Both the position numbers and the translations under genes were made by a program. The notes beneath the pieces were generated by a model. The model made no database searches. It was not told where the DNA came from and was given only the letters and a program-made list of their open reading frames with translations. From assembly GCA_003707115.1 (NCBI GenBank), contig PPNB01000017.1, positions 124,001 to 170,139 of the forward strand: a DNA stretch of 46,139 nt. Reading direction: 5' to 3'. Below, in pieces: positions 40,991 through 46,139 of the stretch. Numbering within the stretch: position 1 is the stretch's first letter; every line of letters starts with the position of its first letter. Source of the stretch: Tortispora ganteri (taxonomy: Eukaryota).

Positions 40991-43039
40991 ATGAGTGGCA
41001 GTTCTACTGTCCGTAACAAGGCGCCGGCGCCTGTTCAGATTTCTTCGGAACAGATTTTGGCAGAAGCACAGGCTTTAAGGCAGGATAGAAAGAAGAACGT
41101 GAAACTTGATGTCGTTGATCTAGAGGAACTCAGCGAGTTCCAGCGACATAAAAGGGAAGAGTACGAAGGTGCACTCCAAAGGAAGTCACATGATATCAAG
41201 CAATGGATCAGATACGCAGAATGGGAAGCTGAACAGAAGGAATTTTCAAGAGCTAGATCTATATTTGAAAGAGCACTATCTTTACATCCATATGACGTCC
41301 CGTTGCGTCTTCGCTACATTAGAAGCGAACTGAAGCATGAGAACATCAACCATGCTCGCAATCTCCTAGAACAGTCTGTTGTACTGTTGCCTACAATTGA
41401 GAAGATCTGGTATGAGTACGTACAAGTTGAAGAAAAATTGGGAAATATACCAAAATGTCGTGAATTGTTTAGCAGATGGGCTAAATTTGCAACCAATCCT
41501 AAACCTATGCTATCGTGGATCGACATGGAGTGCCGCTACAAAGAGTGGTCAAACGCGCACGTAATATTTGAGAGCCTATGTCAGGCCTTTCCTCAATCAG
41601 AAAACTGGATAAAATGGGCTGCGTTTGAGAATGCGCATGGGTCTTCAAAATCAACTCGTCTAGTTTACACTAAAGCTATAGACACCACCACTCGGATGGC
41701 AAACTTAGATGAGATCTTATTTATCGAATTTGCTCGTTGGGAAACTTCTGTCAATGAATTAGAGAGAGCTCGCGCCATATACAAATACGGCCTTCATGTA
41801 CTACCTCCAAATCAAACTTACCGGCTGTATACTGCATATGCTACATTTGAAAAATTGCATGGTTCACCTGAAGACCTTGTAAATGTCATCACTGTTGAGC
41901 GGAAATCTGTGTATGAAAAAATACTAAGTCAAGATCCAAAAAATTATAGTACTTGGATAGCATATTTACAAATGGCTATAGGGGGTTTCCCTACTGAACA
42001 AGTACGTGCACTTTTCGATCGCGCTGTCGCTCAAATTCCTGAACAGAAAGACAAAAATACATGGAAAGAATTCGTGTATTTGTTTATTTATTATGCTTCA
42101 TGGGAGGAAGTGGCTAACAATGACATAGAAAAAGCGGACCAAATATACTCTAATTGTTTGAACCTGATACCTCATAAATCGTTCACGGTCGCTAAGGTTT
42201 GGCTCTTGTATGCGAATTTAATGATTAGACGAAAATTGTTACCTGAGGCTCGAAAACTGTTAGGCAAATCGATTGGAATGTGTCCTAAACCTCGTCTATT
42301 CAAGGGCTACATTGAAGTTGAATTGAACTTACGTGAATTTCAGAGGTGCCGGATCATCTATGAGAAATATTGCCAGACTTTCTCTACTACCCCGGAGCCG
42401 TTTATCGCGTTTGCTAATATGGAACAAAATTTAGGCGAAGATGAACGCGCTAGGGCTATCTTTGAAATAGCCTTGGATATACCGGATATGTGTAAAAGAG
42501 GAGATCTGTGGGCTGGGTACATACAATTTGAGATTGAAGAAGGAGAGTATGGGCGAGTGCGAGACCTGTTCGGAAGATTTATCAACGATATTCCAACTTA
42601 TGAGCCATGGGTTGAGCTAGTGCAATTTGAGCTTGTTGCACCTGATCCCGAAGGAGAAAATGATAAGCAAGAAAATATTGATCATGAAGAGGATGAGACT
42701 GTGGAGTTCTCAGAACGTCCCGCTACCGAGTTAGGTGTTATCAGGGCTCGCAAAGTTTTCGAAAAAGCCATTATTCATTTTTCGAAGAGCTCTCAAGTTA
42801 ATGATCGCGTTGCTATTCTAGCAGCCTGGAAAGAATTTGAACAAATTTATGGAACCGAGGATACATTACAAAAAGCTATTAGTTTGCAGCCTCAAATGAT
42901 TGTCAAACAGAAGAAAATAGGCGAAAACGTTTTTGAAGAATATGAAGCTTATGAATTTCCTGAAGATAAACTTGCTCAGGAAGCCAATGTTAACTTCCTG
43001 AAAGCTGCACATTCCTGGAAAGAGAAGATTCAAAGTTAA
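40991..43039 (+). CDS. CLF1: Crooked-neck/HAT-repeat pre-mRNA splicing factor
   Basis: VRNKAPAPVQISSEQIL, RARSIFERAL, INHARNL, LGKSIGMCPKPRLFKGYIE, C-terminal AHSWK. Confidence 0.95.
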   Translation: MSGSSTVRNKAPAPVQISSEQILAEAQALRQDRKKNVKLDVVDLEELSEFQRHKREEYEGALQRKSHDIKQWIRYAEWEAEQKEFSRARSIFERALSLHPYDVPLRLRYIRSELKHENINHARNLLEQSVVLLPTIEKIWYEYVQVEEKLGNIPKCRELFSRWAKFATNPKPMLSWIDMECRYKEWSNAHVIFESLCQAFPQSENWIKWAAFENAHGSSKSTRLVYTKAIDTTTRMANLDEILFIEFARWETSVNELERARAIYKYGLHVLPPNQTYRLYTAYATFEKLHGSPEDLVNVITVERKSVYEKILSQDPKNYSTWIAYLQMAIGGFPTEQVRALFDRAVAQIPEQKDKNTWKEFVYLFIYYASWEEVANNDIEKADQIYSNCLNLIPHKSFTVAKVWLLYANLMIRRKLLPEARKLLGKSIGMCPKPRLFKGYIEVELNLREFQRCRIIYEKYCQTFSTTPEPFIAFANMEQNLGEDERARAIFEIALDIPDMCKRGDLWAGYIQFEIEEGEYGRVRDLFGRFINDIPTYEPWVELVQFELVAPDPEGENDKQENIDHEEDETVEFSERPATELGVIRARKVFEKAIIHFSKSSQVNDRVAILAAWKEFEQIYGTEDTLQKAISLQPQMIVKQKKIGENVFEEYEAYEFPEDKLAQEANVNFLKAAHSWKEKIQS

Positions 43040-43096
43040 TGACCACCTAATACCACTGTATTATTATTATTGCATTATGGAGTCATAGAATATATA

Positions 43097-45868
43097 TTAT
43101 ATAGGAAGAATATGACCAAATAGCATCTGTTTTCGACCAGTGTAAAATTTAGCCAATTCATCAGCCCATAAAACGGAACTTGATATTAGTATAAGTTTGA
43201 TAATCTCACCTAAACTCAGCGGTTCTGTCTGAAAAATGCTCTGGAAAAAGGGCATATAAATGACACACATTTGACCCAAGAATGAACCCAAAATTGCGTA
43301 GTTAAACATTCTATTAGAGAACAGTCCTAAAGAAAACACGGATTTTGTATCAGAGCGACAACTGAAGGCATTGAACAAGTCAAAAAATACAAAGCAAGTA
43401 AAAGTCATAGTAGTATCATGTGTAGAGACAATGTTATCTTGGCTTTGAATTGTGTATACAAAAAGAGTACCACTTAATACCACAAAAGCAGCTCTGAAGA
43501 CACGAATGATAATCGATTTCGTAATTATATTGGCATTTCGAGGACGAGGTGGTTTTAGAACAGTTGCCGAATCGACAGGTTCAATGCCAAGACTTTGAGC
43601 AGGTGGGCCGTCCATAATGATATTGATCCAAAGAATCTGCATGGCGTTCAAGGGCGTGCTCAAACCTAACATCGTAGAAATAGCTATCAAAGAGAGAGCA
43701 GCCACAGATGTAGAAAGCTGAAAAGTGAGAAAACTCTGAATATTACGAAAGATCCCTTTTCCTTCTTCTATAGCATGCAAAATAGTAGGAAAATCATCAT
43801 CTGTTAGGATCATATCACTGGCTTCCTTCGCGACATCAGTTCCTCTTTTGCCCATGGCTATACCTATATCAGCCAATTTTAAAGCAGGTGCATCATTAAC
43901 GCCATCACCAGTCATACCGACAACATCACCTCTTGCCTGAAAAGCTCGAATAATTTTCATTTTATGTTGAGGAGAAGTGCGGCAAAAAACATTCACACGA
44001 GAGAGAGCCTCCCCAAGTTGTCTTTCGGTGAGACGATCTACAGTATCACCATCCATAGAACTATCTTCGTCTCCATAGAATAATGGGATACCTATTTGTT
44101 TGGCAATAGTAACAGCGGTTAGTTTACTATCGCCGGTAATCATGATAACTCGAACTCCACCACGGATAAGAGTTCGCACAGCGCTATCAACTCCTTGCCT
44201 AGGAGGATCATAAAGGCAAAATAGACCGACAAAGCAAAGATCATTTGGAAGTGATTTATCAATTCCAGCAAACCTATTAGTGGAACCCGTTGCCACACAT
44301 ATTAGACGAAATCCATCACGAGAGTATGTGCTTATACGGTCATTAACCACATTGAGAGACTCCTTAGTCATAGGATATGGTTTTCCATCTTCAGCAAAAA
44401 AAGTCGAGCAAGAGGGAAGAATGATATCAGCACCACCCTTAATTATTAAGTATGAGGATTTAGTTTCAGTGGGTAGGGCATTGCTTTCAACTGCAACAGC
44501 CATGTATTTTCGAAGTGAAGAAAATGGCACTTCGTTAATTCTGGTATGCGTCTCTTTGACGCTATGAAATCCATATGCATTAGCACACTCGATTAGTGCA
44601 ATATCTGTAGGGTTTCCAAAGTACTTTTTTTCTTGTTCTGAGTAGTTGGCGTTGTTACAAAGCGCCGCTGCAGTCATAGTAGCGTTAAATATTGGACTGT
44701 GTTGTACTTCACGAGGAAGATCAATCCAAGCTTCATGTTGACGATAACCATGTTTAACTCGCATATCCGTTTCCAGGCCAAATGCCCATATTTTCGATAC
44801 AGACAGCTGGTTGTAAGTAAGTGTTCCAGTTTTATCAGAGCAAATGACATTAACGGAACCTAATGTCTCAACACTTGGCAATCTTCGGATGATAGCTTTC
44901 TTTGAAGACATGCGTAGTACGCCCAGCGCCAAAGTGACAGTGACAATGATAGGTAACCCCTCTGGAATTGCGGCCACAGCCAATGATACGCCAATTGTAA
45001 GCATATCAAGCCACGATCTTCCTTGAAATATTCCTATTAAGCATATAAGGCCAATAATGCCAAAGGAAATCATTGAAAGATCTTTGCCTAATCTATCCAT
45101 TGATACCTGCAGAGGCGTTTTTGGCTTTTCGATGTCAGACATCATATTAAAAATTTTACCAAACTCAGTCGATCTGCCAACTCCAATAACAATTCCTTGA
45201 CCATGACCTTCACATACTAGTGTACCCATATACGCAATACAGGAGCGATCGGCGATCGGAGCTGTTGAAGGAACCGGATCTATTGATTTTGATGTAGGAG
45301 TTGACTCACCTGTGAGATTGCTTTCATCTATTTCCAAATTCGTAGAGGAAATAATACGTAAATCAGCGGGTATACGATCACCTACTGAGAACACGACAAG
45401 GTCACCAGGAACTAATTCACTAGCGAGTACATCAGCTCTATGGCCTCCACGAATCAAGTGAGACATGGGAGGAAGTAATTTGTCGAGTGCTTTTATTGAT
45501 TGCTCGCTACGATATTCTTGAACGAAACCAACTGTGACAACAATTATAATCGCAAGTGTAATCGATATAGCGTCTTCGTAATTTTTCATAATGAAACTAA
45601 CACAAGCTGAAGCGAGAAGCAGCAAGATCAATGGATCTTCATAAAAATGCTTAAAGAAGTCCAAGACCATATTTTCATCGTCTTCGGTAGATAAGTCATT
45701 ATTTCCATACATCACACGTCTAGATTCAGCCTCAGTGTTGTTTGAGAGGCCATCTTGCTTAGATGTTCTGAGTTGATCTAAGGTCTCCTGAACAGATAAA
45801 TGGCAGTAACTAGCACTAGGGGTAGACTCAGATCCGGCTATAGAAGCGAAAGGATTCTCGGAATTCAT
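43097..45868 (-). CDS. PMR1: Golgi Ca2+/Mn2+ P2A-type ATPase
   Basis: [59 protein letters not shown]; first ATG 45868. Confidence 0.95.
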   Translation of the reverse strand: MNSENPFASIAGSESTPSASYCHLSVQETLDQLRTSKQDGLSNNTEAESRRVMYGNNDLSTEDDENMVLDFFKHFYEDPLILLLLASACVSFIMKNYEDAISITLAIIIVVTVGFVQEYRSEQSIKALDKLLPPMSHLIRGGHRADVLASELVPGDLVVFSVGDRIPADLRIISSTNLEIDESNLTGESTPTSKSIDPVPSTAPIADRSCIAYMGTLVCEGHGQGIVIGVGRSTEFGKIFNMMSDIEKPKTPLQVSMDRLGKDLSMISFGIIGLICLIGIFQGRSWLDMLTIGVSLAVAAIPEGLPIIVTVTLALGVLRMSSKKAIIRRLPSVETLGSVNVICSDKTGTLTYNQLSVSKIWAFGLETDMRVKHGYRQHEAWIDLPREVQHSPIFNATMTAAALCNNANYSEQEKKYFGNPTDIALIECANAYGFHSVKETHTRINEVPFSSLRKYMAVAVESNALPTETKSSYLIIKGGADIILPSCSTFFAEDGKPYPMTKESLNVVNDRISTYSRDGFRLICVATGSTNRFAGIDKSLPNDLCFVGLFCLYDPPRQGVDSAVRTLIRGGVRVIMITGDSKLTAVTIAKQIGIPLFYGDEDSSMDGDTVDRLTERQLGEALSRVNVFCRTSPQHKMKIIRAFQARGDVVGMTGDGVNDAPALKLADIGIAMGKRGTDVAKEASDMILTDDDFPTILHAIEEGKGIFRNIQSFLTFQLSTSVAALSLIAISTMLGLSTPLNAMQILWINIIMDGPPAQSLGIEPVDSATVLKPPRPRNANIITKSIIIRVFRAAFVVLSGTLFVYTIQSQDNIVSTHDTTMTFTCFVFFDLFNAFSCRSDTKSVFSLGLFSNRMFNYAILGSFLGQMCVIYMPFFQSIFQTEPLSLGEIIKLILISSSVLWADELAKFYTGRKQMLFGHILPI

Positions 45869-46139
45869 TATGGAAGAAATCAATCAACTGTGAAGAGATT
45901 GCGCAAACTGAAGCTGTAAGTGCTAGAAGAAAAACGACTAAAATATGAAGTAAGTGATTCTAAGCGCCGAGATGATATTTACGGCTAAAGTAACAGCGGT
46001 TCCGATAGGTAGGAGAGAGGGACTTAGAATGAGGCGTATCTAAGAAAACACAAACAAGATACTGCACCCCAATTTCAAATTGCTTCGTGATTTCTAGTCA
46101 AACGTACCCTTAGTTAAATTGATCTTAACTAGTGGAATC

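Overview
Eukaryotic, very gene-dense fungal DNA. The short GT..YTAAC..AG introns, tiny intergenic gaps and retained Arl8, undivided MadBub and U2AF65 fit an early-diverging budding-yeast-like ascomycete (inference). It holds about 27 host protein-coding genes: DNM1, an AIM17/BBH-like dioxygenase, a secreted M20-fold protein, OST1, SRC1/HEH1, HEM14, SWD3, ISC1, an Ssr4-like protein, a small spliced mitochondrial protein missed by the ORF track, ARL8, RNA1, a MUM3/CST26-like acyltransferase, a YPL162C-like protein, GND1, LSM12, VTC4, ADE2, BUB1/MadBub, BUB2, U2AF65, GIM3, HIR1, CLF1 and PMR1. The stand-out is a 2.9 kb minus-strand Ty1/copia-like LTR element at 38070-40940. It has diverged LTRs, an intact 384-aa gag-like ORF and a UAG followed in-frame by a ruined protease motif, with almost all of pol missing. 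Its primer-binding site matches the 5' half of tRNA-Lys(CUU), its leader has tRNA-like 30-bp repeats, and only the 5' LTR keeps a TATA box. It is a candidate domesticated gag or a new half-tRNA-Lys-primed retroelement family. Secondary points are overlapping GT/GC donors in SRC1 intron 3, an apparently catalytically dead M20 peptidase, and a 2.6 kb gene-free stretch with tandem MSE-like motifs, a TATA box and hairpins. All family assignments come from motif recognition, not database searches.
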